Positions 1 to 12,776 of a DNA stretch of 64,000 nucleotides are shown here, piece by piece. A program made the translations under genes and the position numbers. Below the pieces are notes generated by a model. That model was not told the DNA's origin. It saw nothing but the letters and a program-made list of their open reading frames with translations, and searched no databases. The stretch comes from Felis catus (lineage: Eukaryota), in assembly GCF_018350175.1 (NCBI RefSeq), contig NC_058368.1, forward strand, positions 67,644,001-67,708,000. The letters run 5' to 3'. Within the stretch, counting starts at the first letter, position 1. The number at the start of each line of letters is the position of its first letter.

Positions 1-661
1 CACAGATAATGAAGGATTTCTAAAGGCTGCACATCTGAATAAGACATGGAATTTAATTACCAGATTATTCATCCTCTTTCTGAACCACAGCACAAAGAAA
101 ATTTTTTTATGTGAAGTGAAATATCATATTTTAAATGTGCACTGGATTTTAATATTTTTAAAAGATAGTAATTGAATTTTGAAAAAAATAGCATTAACAT
201 AACTGCTCTCTCTACCTTGCTGTAGGAAATTTGTCTTTGTGGGAAAAAAGTATTTTCTACACATTTCAAAGTTCTATAAGGTTATTTAATATTGTAATAG
301 TGAACTCAGACATGGATGGTAAAGTGATATTTATGTGTTTTTCCCTGAAATGTACTAAACTTTAATCATTAGTTCTTTATTATACAGAAGGAAAAAGTTC
401 AATCAAATTCCTTTCAGAAAATGTAAAAGTAACTCACCACCAATATCATATTGGTATTATAAAAGCACATGTAAACAAGAAGAGGCAGATTATGTGACAC
501 TGCTGGCTTTGGACAGTCAGTCATGCCACCTTAAGCTTGTTGCATCAGGTAAGTATTTCCTTCTTATTACACAGATGTCTATTTACCAAGAACAAGGTAA
601 TCCAAAAAGAATGCTGACATCTCTATAAAAGATGTATATAAAATGTCAAAATAAAACTCAC

Positions 662-781
662 CAAATTATGAAAATTACGCCTTATGGAAGGTACAGTTCC
701 AGGGAACACTGGCTTTAGAAGCTCCTGGCAACTTGTAGGCCATGTAACGTATAGATCATCATTTTCTAGGTCATTGATCCA
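662..781 (-). CDS. UGGT2: UGGT2 coding exon (~exon 13, 120 nt): WINDLENDDLYVTWPTSCQELLKPVFPGTVPSIRRNFHNL
   Basis: Acceptor ttcttttctag, donor gtgagt; WINDLE and IRRNFHNL motifs. Confidence 0.96.
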
Positions 782-1044
782 CTAGAAAAGAATCCAGAAA
801 TCTTTAAGTATATTAACACTTAAATCATCTTCAAAGCCAATTTTTATTCTATCAAACAAGTAAAATCATACACAGAAATTTATATATTTCTGATTAAATG
901 GAAGAAGCCAGTTGAATATTCTTTACATTAAGGAATACATCATGTACAACAATTTTTATTACCATGGCCTTTAAGAGTAAGCCTTCCCCCGCCAGAACAA
1001 CTGATTTCTATTCAGGTTTGTTTTTCATATTAAAAAATAAAATT

Positions 1045-1235
1045 GGGGGTGCCTGGGTGGTTCTGTCAGTTGAGGGCCTGCCTCTAGATTTCAGCTCAAG
1101 TCGTGGTCTCATGGTTGTGGGATCAAGCCCCTCATCAGACTCTACGCTGGGTGTGGATCCTGCTTAAGATTCTCTCTCTCCCTCTCCCAGTAGCCTCCCC
1201 CAACCCTCGCATGTGTTCTCTCTCAATAAAAATGA
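1045..1235 (+). mobile_element. Can-SINE (older subfamily)
   Basis: ggggtgcctgggtgg tRNA-derived head, (CT)n tract, aataaa tail. Confidence 0.9.
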
Positions 1236-2279
1236 ATAGGTAAGATTGCATAGAAATTACTCTCCATAAACTATTTGAGAGACATAAGTGTTTATCTTAA
1301 TTATCAGCAGTAGAGGAGGCAATGAGGTCCTCCACCTCCCTTCTCAAATTTAAACCCTCAGACATAAGGAAAATAAAACATGATACCTTGGAAGGCCAAT
1401 TAGAATCAAGAGGTAACTACTTACACTAGACTAAGCCGCCTGCCTGAAACATGCTAAAAGCGGGCGGAAAACATATAAACCTTTGTTTACATGGAGGTAA
1501 GGTCAACCAACAATCAAGAGTCAAGGAGTTACAATCCTTGAAAGCAGGAGGCATTAAGGGAAAAGCTCCAAGCTCACCTCAATTCTATCCCTAGGGGCAT
1601 TTTCAAAATTGCAGCCTGGAAGAACTAATTTAAACTGAAAGTGACAGCCATATTGTGCTGGAAAGACAGAAGTTAAAATTAGGGTTTCCTAAATGGTAGG
1701 AACTGGGCCAGGGTGGGGGTGGGGAGAATCCAGGAGAGGAGGAAACTGCAGGGAAGAAAACAAACCATCTTTATACAAATTCCTCTCATTTGCTGACTAC
1801 TAACCTGCACACGTGAGCATACACACACATACTCACCTCAACACTGCCAAAAAAAAAAAAAAAAAAAAAAAAAAAAGAAGCTAGGGGGAATTGACACTGG
1901 GAAGTTGAAACTGCAGCCAGGGCATGGTAATAAGGAGACAGAAGTTGAAGTTCAAAGTGTTAAGACTTTGGTAAACACTGTGCTTTGAGAAAAGGAGAGG
2001 GAGGGCTAGCCCCTAGAAGTGAGACACACAGCAGAAGAGCTCTCACAAAGCCCAGAAACCTGCCTCAACAGAGCCGGGGGAGGCCTGCTGCCTGGACTGC
2101 TGGGCAAACCTTACAAGCCTTTCCTTGCTTCCGTGACTTTACATCGGCAATTTGGGGCTCCTCTCAAAAACTGCCATGTAAATAAAGGACCAAATATTAC
2201 AACGTAAGAGAAAAACCAGATAACATAGGACTTACACAAGGACTTTAATGATTTACATGTTTAAAAAAGAACAAAAATA

Positions 2280-2484
2280 GGGCCACCTGAGTGGCACAGT
2301 CGGTTAAGCATCTGACTTCGGCACAAGTCATGACCTCATGGTTTGTGAGTTTGAGCCCCGCACCGGGCTTGCTGCTATCGGCATTAAACTCGTTTCAGAT
2401 CCTCTGTCTCCCTCGCTCTCTGCCCCTCTCCTGCTCATTCTCTCTCCCTCTCCCTCAAAATAAATAACTTTAAAAAAATAAAAA
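2280..2484 (+). mobile_element. Can-SINE (felid type)
   Basis: Head ...cagtcggttaagcatctgacttcggc, CT-rich tract, A tail. Confidence 0.9.
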
Positions 2485-2562
2485 GAAAATGGATGGAAGG
2501 ATGGAAAATGTTAAGAGAAAAACCTATTTTTTAAAAACAGAGCCAGCAGGATATTCTAGATT

Positions 2563-2794
2563 TTACTTAGTTTTTAAAAAAAATTTTTAAAAATGTTTAT
2601 TTTTGAAAGAGAGAGACAGAGCACAAGCAGGTGAAGGACAGAGAGAGAGAGAGAGGGAGACACAGAATCCGAAGCAGGGTCCAGGTTCTGAGCTGTCAGC
2701 ACAGAGTCCAACATGGGGCTCAAACCCACAAACTGTGAAATCATGACCTGAGCCAAAGTCAGTTGCTTAACTGACTAAGCCACTCAGGCGCCCT
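2563..2794 (-). mobile_element. Can-SINE (SINEC_Fc-like)
   Basis: Antisense body; TSD ggatattctagatt at 2549-2562 and 2796-2809. Confidence 0.93.
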
Positions 2795-3804
2795 GGGATA
2801 TTCTAGATTCTAAAACTCTATACTTAAATCCTAATTAGTTCTTACAGTTCTTAACTGTAGACTGGACACGGAGGAAGACAGTGATAAGTCAGCTGGAGAC
2901 AGGTCAATCAAGTGTATATTAACTAAAGTACACAGAGAAAAAAACAGTGCAAAAATTCAAACAAAGGGTAAGAGAGATGAACGACACAGGCAAACGGTCT
3001 ATCACATGCCCCTGAAAGTCCCAGAAGAAAGGAGGGAGGAGACCACTGGGACTGAAGAAATTAGGCGGCTTCTGCAGTGTTCTAGAGGTTTTGGAGAGCT
3101 GAACCAAGTCAGAGGCAGTGGTTTCAGAGAGAAGACTGAATTCAGAGACACACACACAGAGGGACAAGTAAGAGGGAAAATCTAGGGTAATTCATGGCTT
3201 TCAGAAAGGAGCAGCATACCAACATTGAGACAGCAGCTGTTAACAGAAGCAGGTTGTTGAGGGGAGAGGACAGGAAAGGGAGACGGTTCAGTCCGGGACA
3301 TACTGAAGAAGTCCATAAAGACACGCGGGCAGGGGTAACTGGGTCAGCTGCAACAATTTCCATTTTGTGGTTAACAAGTATGATGGGGATCTGGGATTAG
3401 CTTACTTCTGCTACCATCTGTCCTGGTAATACTGAGGGGAGGGAGAAGGGAGAACTTCAGTCTCCCTGGAAAAGTAGGTAGTAATATATCTTGTTTATGT
3501 TTCTGAGATAACTCCTGCCAAGATGTGAAGGTAATGGGAACAGTTCTAAAGATCCTGGCAATAAGCTAGGAATCCCCTATGAACTGGAAATCTTGGTAGA
3601 CTCTAGCAGTGTCTAGATCAGTTCATTGTTCTCTGGGAATCCGAGGCCAGTGGAGGAAAAGGCACCAGAGTAGAGGATGTGAATATCTGATCCCCCTGAT
3701 CACTTAATATTGGTTTTATGTGAAAAACTGGCCTTATAATGCTTTATGTATCTGTCCCACTGAACCTGATTAATGATTGGAGGCAGAGTCACTTTTAATA
3801 TGGA

Positions 3805-3965
3805 TCAAAATAGCTGGAGGTGTTTACTGAAAATGCAGATTCCTTGGCCGGCCTTCAGACCTACCAAGTAGCAAGAATCTCAGAATAGGGCCTAGGAATC
3901 TCCATGTAGAACAAGTGCCCTTGGTGATTCTTACCACAAATACTGCAGTTAGAACAAACACTACA
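3805..3965. mobile_element. MER5A-like DNA transposon relic
   Basis: aaaatgcagattcct...cagaccta...aatctc...ggcctaggaatct...aacaag...ggtgattct core. Confidence 0.7.
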
Positions 3966-4429
3966 GCAATGGCCCAATTTATAGCATGGGTGCTGGGTAA
4001 ACTCACCTACGTGATACCCTGATCCACTTTGGAGAACTACAGAGACAATGGAAATTGGGTGCATAGGCACAGAGACTGAACTGCCCTTTTCTCACTTCAA
4101 GTAAATTTACAGAAGCAGCAGCAATGACCTTTGTGAGTGTGACCTCACAAAGCCGCATCGAGAGCTGGCATTGAAATTCCAATGAACTACCTCTATTAGT
4201 TTCATTGGTCGCAACTCTGGCCTTTGTATCTACTGGGCTGCCAAGACACTGAATAAAAGACATTGTTATTAACAGAGTAGAACCTACCAGACAATCTCCT
4301 CAGTGTCCTAGGAGCTACACAGGTCAGCAAAAGGACACGAGGCTGGTCATGGTGTTACACGATGACTCTCTTTCTGAGAGAAGCAAAACACTTAAAAGAT
4401 TTATAATTTATACCTTTGGGTTTTCTTGA

Positions 4430-5938
4430 GGGGGTGGCATCAGCAAAATGGCTAAGGAATTCCAAAACTCCACCCTTACATAAAAGCAACAAAAAACTAG
4501 AAAATCTGGGGGGGGGGGGGGGATCAACATCATAAGAACTATGAAAACTAACCAAAAGCTTGCAGCAATCTTGAGAATATTTATTGAAGAAAAATGGCTG
4601 AGTCTCAGTAAGAGCAGTGAGATTTGTGGTGTGATAAGTTATCCCAGCCCTATCTTCTGCTACCAAGCTTATCAGTAGCTTTGACAACAGCAGCCTGAAT
4701 TCCAGTACCAATACTGGAGAAAGTACAATGGACCTCATTCTGAAAGAATTCTAGTTTTTGTTTGAACGGTCTGGTGACTTCCTAGAAAACCCACTGAAAA
4801 CCAGGGCTGTATCTGACTGAGTCATAACAGTGTTAGAGCTGCAAACCCAATTTGAGGAAAACATTTAATTGCAAATGTTTTAGTTACTCCTCCCTGAGGC
4901 AACAGAAAACGGTCGGGATGAAAGCAGAGTAGTCAAAATCCAGTGAAGAAAGGTTGGGGAATGAGACGTTTTGGGAAATAGGGTTTTAAGACATTCTGGC
5001 ATATTCCTGGGATTTTCTAAACGGCCCTGCACATGCCCAGGGAAGACTGAAAGGCCCGAATTCTGTTCTCAGGTTGACTCTGAAGTTCTGTGCAAGCAGG
5101 GAGTGAAGGCTGAGGCACATGCACACCGCTTGGCTGAGGGTCTGACCCAAGCTGCCCCCTCCTCCCTCAGCCACACACATAGAGCCCCTATTCAAGACTG
5201 GGAGGTTTTCTGGGTCCGGGGATTTAAGTAAATCTCTGTCCAAAATTGAGTAGATGACTAGGCTAGAATAACAGAGATTTCCATGGCCACACACAAAAAA
5301 GAATATAGACTTTACAAAGTTAGTTCAGAGAAGACACTAAACAAATGATAAAAACAACAGCAAACAGTAACAAACCCAGGGAAGGTGAGAATCTGACTTC
5401 TAGTTCAAAATGTCCCATGTTCAACAAAAAATTAAGAGGCATTGAAAAATCCTAAAATATACATAAGAAAACAATTCCATTTACAATAACATCAGGAAGG
5501 ATAACATACTTAGAAATAAGTTTAACAAGTAGTAGGCTTGTACACTGAAAGCTACAAAAGATCACTGAAAGAAAATAAAGACCAAACGGAAAGGCATCCC
5601 ATATTCATGGATCAGAAGACTTAATGTATTAAAATAGCAATACCTTCTAAATTATCTATAGGTTCAATGAAATTTCAATAAAAATGCCAACTGTCCTTTT
5701 TCCAGAAATGGGACAAAATGATCCTATAATTCATAATGAAGGGCAAGGGTCCTAGGAGTGCCAAGATAATCTTAAAATAAAACAAAACAAATTTGGAGGA
5801 CTCACAATTCCAATTTCAAAACTTACAAAAACTACAGTAATCAAACAGTTGTGGTGCCTGCATAAGGGTAAGATATAGATCAATGGAACTAAGAGTCCAG
5901 AGTAAACCCATGTGTCTATGGTAAGTTGATTTACAACA
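4430..5938 (+). mobile_element. Old L1M relic: 5'-region-like sequence joined to a late ORF2 fragment (5445-5938)
   Basis: aattccatttacaataacatc...tacttagaaataag...catcccatattcatggatcagaagac...ttacaaaactacagtaatcaaacag is L1 ORF2-like. Confidence 0.7.
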
Positions 5939-7124
5939 TTATGGGGCTTGGATGGGAAATTTGCTGTCATAGACTGTGGGGCCCACTGTGGGTAGCAAGT
6001 TACATTCTTAATCTGGATAAAGAATTCATTTCCTCTGCCTGTGCTGACTAGTGTTTGTTTTTAATCTTATCACTGTCATTTTGTGACAAAAACAAAGAAT
6101 TAGAGCTGTTTTGATAGGATGACAAATGGCTAGGGTGACTTGGGAACTTTAAAGAAAAGGAAATTGAAGAAAATTATCATAAGCAACTCAGGAATATGGC
6201 TACATCACGGATATCCCAGAATAGAAGACAGAAAATTGCAGCTAGGGGCAGGGGTAGTTTTGGTGGAATATGACCCAGCCCCCTTCATGATGGGAGGTCT
6301 GGCACATTAGATTGAAAAGGAATTACAATGCAAAGGAGCCAAGCATACAATTGTATGGTCATTTTTACAGACTTTAACAAAATACTAGTGAAACCTGATG
6401 TACTGTGGCAAGACAAGAAACAGGAAACTAAACTATATAAAATTTAAGTTGTGTCTCCTGACATCTGGTGAGAGAAACCTAAAATGGTTAACCAAGGATG
6501 GGAGAATATTCAATGACCTTCTTGAGTTTTTACTCAACTTTTAAGCAAGCAGATTTTAGGAAATAAACTGCCAGGGTTTGTTTTGGGGAGGGTATAAATA
6601 CAGAGGTCGAAGTAATCTAACTCAGTGACTCACCTTTTTCTGTAAAGACAAAAAGTACAGAAACAGATCCAGGGGGAGAAAAAGAATTAAACGCAAAGTA
6701 TTGCTTTTGTTCATGAATAACTGTTTTGACATTAAGGCATCCAAAAGATTTTCTGAGTGCTTCCTATGTGATAGGGCCTGTTGGATGCTGAGGATATTTA
6801 ACAAAGTCCTGGTTTTTATAGAGCTCACGTGCCACTGGAAGATTATATGTAAACAAATAAATACATATCATATTGGGAGGTAGCAAATCTAAGCAAAAAT
6901 CAAGCTTATGCATGAGTTAATTTTGCTTTCACAGACCAAGGTGAAGAGTACTCAAACCCAGAGCTCTGCATTTCTTGCCAGTTTTTTTTAAAGGAATCCA
7001 GAAAATCAACTCTCACAAATAATTATCTACTGAAAGCAGACACTTTCCAAGTGGAAAAATAAAAGCATTCGAGACACAAAATTTCCCTTAATAATATGCA
7101 AAAAAGGGTATTTAAAAAAATTAA

Positions 7125-7592
7125 GCTATTATTTAGCCTTTAAAAAGAATAAAATTCTGCCACATGCTACAACATGGATGAACCTTGAAAACAGTATGCC
7201 TAGTGAAATACAGACAGAAATGGACAAACACTATATAATCTCACCTTTATGAAGCACTTAGAAAAGGCAAATTCATAGGGACAGAAAGTAGAACAGAGGT
7301 TACCAGGGAGTTTGGGGAGAAGGGGAGAAGGAGTTATTGCTACAGAGTTTCTGTTTGGAACTCTGTTTGGAACTCTGTTTGGAACAGAGGTTGGAACTCC
7401 AACTTCTGTTGGAACAGAAGTTCTGTTTGGAACTCTGAATGGCTACAGAGTTTCTGTTTGGAACGAAGAAGTTCTGGAAATGGATCTTGGTGATGACTTT
7501 ACAACACTGTGAATGTACTTAATACCACCAAATCACACACTTATAAAGGTTAAAGGAGCATATCTTATACACATTTTACCTCAATAAAAAAT
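7125..7592 (+). mobile_element. L1MB-type 3' end containing a complex local duplication
   Basis: catgctacaacatggatgaaccttgaaaac...ggcaaattcatagggacagaaagtaga...acaacactgtgaatgtacttaat...aataaaaa. Confidence 0.8.
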
Positions 7593-8348
7593 TACTTTGA
7601 TACTCTTAGAATGGAAAAGAACGTCTCCTAAGGTGTCCAAGAGCTGGATCAAGAGAGATGTCACAGCAGTGCAGTGGGGAAATGGCACTGGGGGGACAAG
7701 GGGCAATGGGGACAGCATCAGGCTGCCCCTCTCCAGTGGTGACTGGCCTTCGTGGCCAACCCAGAGGACCAGGATGTTATTTTATAAATGGAGCTGCAAG
7801 GTTTCCTTATAGATTTATTTCTTATTAAGAGTAGTCTTGAAGACTACTTTCCTTTTCTTATTGTAGCCCACACTCCCAGTGTCTTCTACAAATGCACGAA
7901 TGCTTGAAAGTCACAAAGTATTAGGATTACTAACATGGTCATTCCTTTTTCTGATGAAACATTTTTAGAGAAGACATCTGTTAATGGAGCTTAGAGATTT
8001 CCAAGTCAAAGTAAAATCTAGCCAATGAGACAATATGGTCTAAAGAGCAGTAAAACACAGTAGCAATAAACATTTATAACAAGGCATTTAGTGTTCTAGA
8101 GAATACACTAATAATACACTAGAGAATAAACTAGTAACTTAGGGAATATGGCATTTCGTTGTTGCTGTTGTCTTTCCATGATTCTTGGATGGTAGACTAA
8201 ATTTGTAAGTGAGAAGGCTTTTCAGGTAGGACAGAACTATAAAAACTGAGATACTTCCAAGAAAATCCCTTAAATTTTTACATGAGACAGTTAGCAAGAT
8301 GTTCAGAGAGGTTATGCCTCTTTACATTAAAAAAAATTTTTTTTTTCT

Positions 8349-8452
8349 GGGGTGCCTGGCTGGCTCAGTCAGTGGAGCGTGTGACTCTTTTTCTTGAGGT
8401 TGTGAGTTTGAGCCCCACGTTGGGTCTAGAGATTACTTAAAAATAAAATCTC
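8349..8452 (+). mobile_element. Short old Can-SINE (tRNA-like head and tail only)
   Basis: ggggtgcctggctggctcagtcagtggagcgtgtgactctt...gagccccacgttggg...agagattacttaaaaataaaatc. Confidence 0.85.
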
Positions 8453-9647
8453 TAAAAATTTTTTTTCCCCCGATCATAGAAAGTAAAATATACCTGCTAA
8501 AAATTTGGCCTTTACAGAAAGCATGAAGAAAAAGACCCAACTACTCCTTAAACCACATCACCCATTAATAAGAACATCTTGATACATTTCCTTCTGATCC
8601 TCTATCTTATCATGTAAGATAATCTTTTTTTACTTAACATGTAAAACATTTTTTTAATTTTTTTTTAAATTTAAATTAAAAAAATATTTTTTACTTAACA
8701 TGAGAGCACAGTCACTGTTCCTGACACATCCTTATACACACAATCCTTATAAACATAATTTTGGTGTCTGAATAATACCTGAGCACATGGATATAAAATT
8801 TACAACATTTCTCTATTACATACTTAACTCATTTCTATTTTGCTTTAAAAACATGCAGTGGTGATCATATCTTTGGGTATAAACACTTTTCTCCATTTCC
8901 CACTATTTCCTTATGTGAGTTTCCAGTGAAATTACTTGATCAAAGTCTATAAATGCTGTAAAGGCACCACAGCCACAACTGCTTCAAAGTCTTTGCCAAT
9001 TAATGCTCTTTCCGTTTGTCTTTATATCTGTCTATATTTCCTCAATTAAGTTGCAGTTTGTATTATTCATTACTAAGATTATTACATAGTAAAGATATTA
9101 TCCAGGTACTTGCATTTTTATATTATGAATAAATCATTGTGTCTTCCAAGTGGCTTTTGGAAATAAAGCTTTTGATCTGCTGTCACTTCAAACCCATTTT
9201 ACTGAAGTCTTATTAATTGTAACAGCTGTCTTGGAGGAGTTTTAGTTATATAATCTGCCACATGCTACTTTTATTTTCTCCTTTCTAACTGCCAAACTTT
9301 TTTATACTAATGTTAAATCATAATGGTGATATTATGTTGTAATTAGAATGTTCCTAGTTTCACAACTAAAAATTATGTTTTATGTTGGTTTGAGATAAAT
9401 ATTTACTTATTCGTTCAAAGAATATTTATATTTATTGAGTACCTACTAAAACCAGGGGTATAATGGTGAGAGGAAAAAAATGGATAAAAATTCCTACTTT
9501 CAAGTTTATATGGTCTAGTAAGAAACGAAGTCCTCAAAGAATCACAGGACAAAATTGCAAAATTATAAAAACTAACTGCCCAAAGTATAAGGAAGGATTG
9601 GTAATCGTGTAACAATAAATACGTATACAGACACACACGCGTGTGTA

Positions 9648-10160
9648 CGTGGCGGGGTAGAAAGGGTTAATTCAGTGGGCTGCACTGCTCACACTTTGCA
9701 CGTTCTGTACAAGGGCTTGTTTCCGTGACAAAGGTCCTCTAGGTTGGCTTCCGGTAACTGAGCCCTTAAGAGGTTCCGACTGCGGCCTCTCTCCCTCGCG
9801 GAGGACCTCGCTGCAGGCTCTGGCAGTCTGTACAGAGCGAACATGAACATGACAGGATGAACACCTGCCTTCCGTTTGAGGGCCAGGAGCTTGAGTGGCT
9901 GACCTCAGTCACCCAGCCACCGTATGCCTACACGACAGACCGGCTCGAGTGCGCCTGGCGTACATGGTCATGCGGGCAGTGAAGCACGTGGGAGCTTGCG
10001 CCCGGTCTCCCCTGGACTTCACCTCGTGCTTTCTCCCTCTGCGGACGCCACTCTGTGTTCTGCTCACAACAGCCTGTAACCTCGAGTATGACAACTTCTA
10101 GGCTCCGTGAGTCCTTCTGGCAAATCGCAGAACGGAAGGGGATGCTGGGACTCCTCTGCA
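9648..10160 (+). mobile_element. MER21-like LTR, unusually GC/CpG-rich, interrupting an L2 relic
   Basis: aaagggttaattcag near the start and gtgagtccttctggcaaatcgc near the end resemble MER21C as I recall it. Confidence 0.6.
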
Positions 10161-10785
10161 GAGGGCACACAGGAACACATCCTCCAAAGCTGCTCTCGGT
10201 CCCAGCTGTTGGGAGCTGCAGCCGGAAGAGCGAGCAGGAGCCGCCCGGCTGGAGGGAGCACGACGAAGGGAAAGTGGGGAGAAGAGTGTTTCACAGCCTA
10301 GAAACGAAAGGAGGGAGAAGGCCACCGACAGCCTCACGGGCTTCACTCGGGAGGGCATCGGAGCTGCGAGCAGGCGGGCACGTGAGCAGACGCCCAATCC
10401 CGCAGGTGCAGCACCGACCGGAAGGCTTGCGGCCACTGTGAACCGGCCAGACGAGCTTGTCGTGATGGTAGGTGGCATCCTTACATTCCACTGATTTTAA
10501 TAGTGGATGTTAAATTCTTGCTGTCGTTCATGGGGTTATTTGTGTTTATTATTTTTTTTTAAAGCTGGGACGGATCCTGAACGAGTGAGTTCTTGCGAGG
10601 AAACGCAGAGAACAGGACAGACAGGAAAGCTAATACAAGAAATCAGAGGGGAGGAGTCTGTATTTTCACTTTTCTTCGGAGTTCTCCTGCAACCTTCTCC
10701 AAAATGCTTACATTTATTTGAAGGCCTGCCAACAATGGGTTTTACGTTCAGTCTTAAAGCTACTAAAGGTTTTTAAACTACATGA

Positions 10786-11020
10786 GGGGCGCCTGGGTGG
10801 CTCAGTACGTTAAGCGTGTCGGACTTCCGCTCAGGTCACGATCTCCTGGTTAGTAGGTTTCAGCCCCGCGTCAGGCTTTTTACTGACAGCTCGGAGCCTG
10901 GAGCCTGATTCAGACTCTGTGTTTCCCTATCTGTCTCTCTCTCTGCCCCTTCCCTGCCCGCACTCTGTCTCTGTCTCTCTCTTAAAAATAAACATTAAAA
11001 AAACCTTTTTGTTTTAAAAG
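10786..11020 (+). mobile_element. Can-SINE (SINEC_Fc-like) immediately downstream of the exon ~12 donor
   Basis: Typical head and body; short TSD aactaca. Confidence 0.93.
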
Positions 11021-11041
11021 GAACTACACATAAGCACTTAC

Positions 11042-11192
11042 CATTATAGAAGAATGCCTAATATCTAATGCATAGGTATGGTCCCAAACATGGGATTTTA
11101 ATTTTAAAAATTTGCTCATATCTTCTTTGCTGATCCCAAGATTGTGAAGGCCATTCATCATTTTTCCTTCCAGTTTCAGCATATCCAAAATT
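11042..11192 (-). CDS. UGGT2: UGGT2 coding exon (~exon 12, 151 nt): (R)ILDMLKLEGKMMNGLHNLGISKEDMSKFLKLKSHVWDHTYALDIRHSSIM
   Basis: Acceptor ttttctttaaaag, donor ATG|gtaagt; open frame. Confidence 0.96.
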
Positions 11193-12564
11193 CTTTTAAA
11201 GAAAAGAAATGAGTTTTACTTTCATTTGCCACATTAAAAAAAACTTTAACGTTTATAAGTTTCTTAAACATTAGAAACAGATTCCACTGGTATTTTTATG
11301 AATATCAGGAAAAATATAAAACTTATTAACAAACAAGGAGTTCTAATTATCTAGGGTAAGCTCATGTTGACTTTTTGTGTACATTGACAAAATCTTTCTA
11401 TTTAAAAGGCAAAGCAACAAGATATATTTATTACACTCTTTAGCAAAGAAGTGAAGATATGCTCATCCCTGAGCAAGCCAAAAATGAAGGGAAAAATATA
11501 CTAGGTCACCATTTTGGTAAATCAACTAATAAAACAAGGAGACCCATGATATAAAATTTTAGCACAGAAAAAGCCCCATTAAAACATGAAAGTTCACATC
11601 TGTTTAGAACACACACTAAAATTTCTCATCATATATGTAACACTTTGAGAGCTCTTAAACACGACAGGAAGATTACTGCTATAAATAACAACATCAATAT
11701 ACAATCCCACTGGCAAAAAGTTTGGGCAATTTGATTCCTTACACTTCTACTGATCAAGCTCACACTGTGTTCCAGGTAAGTCCACGTCCTCCCCAAACAG
11801 AGCGCACCTCACAACCGCCTCAGGACGTCCTGGTGATGCAGGCGAGGCCCAGACAGGTGGTCTCCTGCCCAGGCCTCTCAGTGGGTGAGGACAGAGCTGG
11901 GGTATGAATGCTATAGGAAGGCAGTGCTTCCCTGTATCTGTAAAGGTAAGACTTTACAGGTAGTGGTAAAGTGTGTGTGTGTGTTTGCAAAGGTAAAGCT
12001 TTCCCAGGCAAGAAAGGACTTTATTGCTTTTTGAAACCAAGTGTTAAAATTCATATTTATAATAGTTAACCGAACTGCTTCATCACAAAATCCAACCACG
12101 GAAGAAGTCACTTCGCTTTTCAGAAATGAACAGAATCAGAATAAAGCCATGTGTGGATTTCAGAATACCACGCTCAGGCAGGCCTGGAGAGATCTACACT
12201 TAGAAGGCTGAGATCTAATATCCGAACTCTTACAAAAGCTGGTTTTTGTTAGTGTTTTCAGCTGCCCTGGATGACTTGGCTCTGAATGTCTGTACCCCAG
12301 GCACTCCTGACCACTGCTTTACAAAGCACCGTTTTTACCCACCCGCCTCCAATCTATGAGAAGATGACGTGTATGCTCAAAAGAGCACTAGCTTAGATAC
12401 CCCAAATCCCAATCTAATTATAAGATTTAGTCTGGGCTACCATGCTACTTCATGTGAGGCTTCTTGAAATTCTTAACCCCTTTGGTCTAAATTCTCTTAT
12501 TTTGTAAGATAAGAATTCTGGATTGCTTGCCAGTGCTCTCTCCGTTTTTAAAATTTTATGATGC

Positions 12565-12776
12565 GGGGCACCTGGGCGGCTCAGTCGGCTAAGCCTCCGA
12601 CTTCAGTTCAGGTCATGATCTCATGGTTCATGGGTTCGAGCCCTGTGTCAGGGCCTGTGTTGACAGCTCAGAGCCTGGAGCCTGCTTCAGATTCTGTGTC
12701 TCCCTCTCTCTCTGCCCCTCTCCGGCTCATAGTCTTTCTCGCTCAAAAATAAATTAAAAAATTTAAAAAAATGAAC
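12565..12776 (+). mobile_element. Can-SINE (SINEC_Fc-like)
   Basis: Typical body; TSD attttatgatgc / attttacgatgc. Confidence 0.93.

Noticed and set aside
546..554. Perfect plus-strand donor CAGgtaagt (another near 11773), suggesting an antisense spliced RNA
   Set aside because: A 9-mer is expected by chance about once in a window this size, and I found no convincing partner acceptor or exon chain.
3390..6540. Non-L1 stretches (3390-4350 and 5940-6540) that look like decayed retroelement internal sequence
   Set aside because: I could not assign a family or protein motif by eye; a Dfam search is needed.
9895..10491. Cluster of overlapping ORFs up to 128 aa
   Set aside because: Explained by high local GC and few stop codons over LTR/L2 relics; no recognisable protein.
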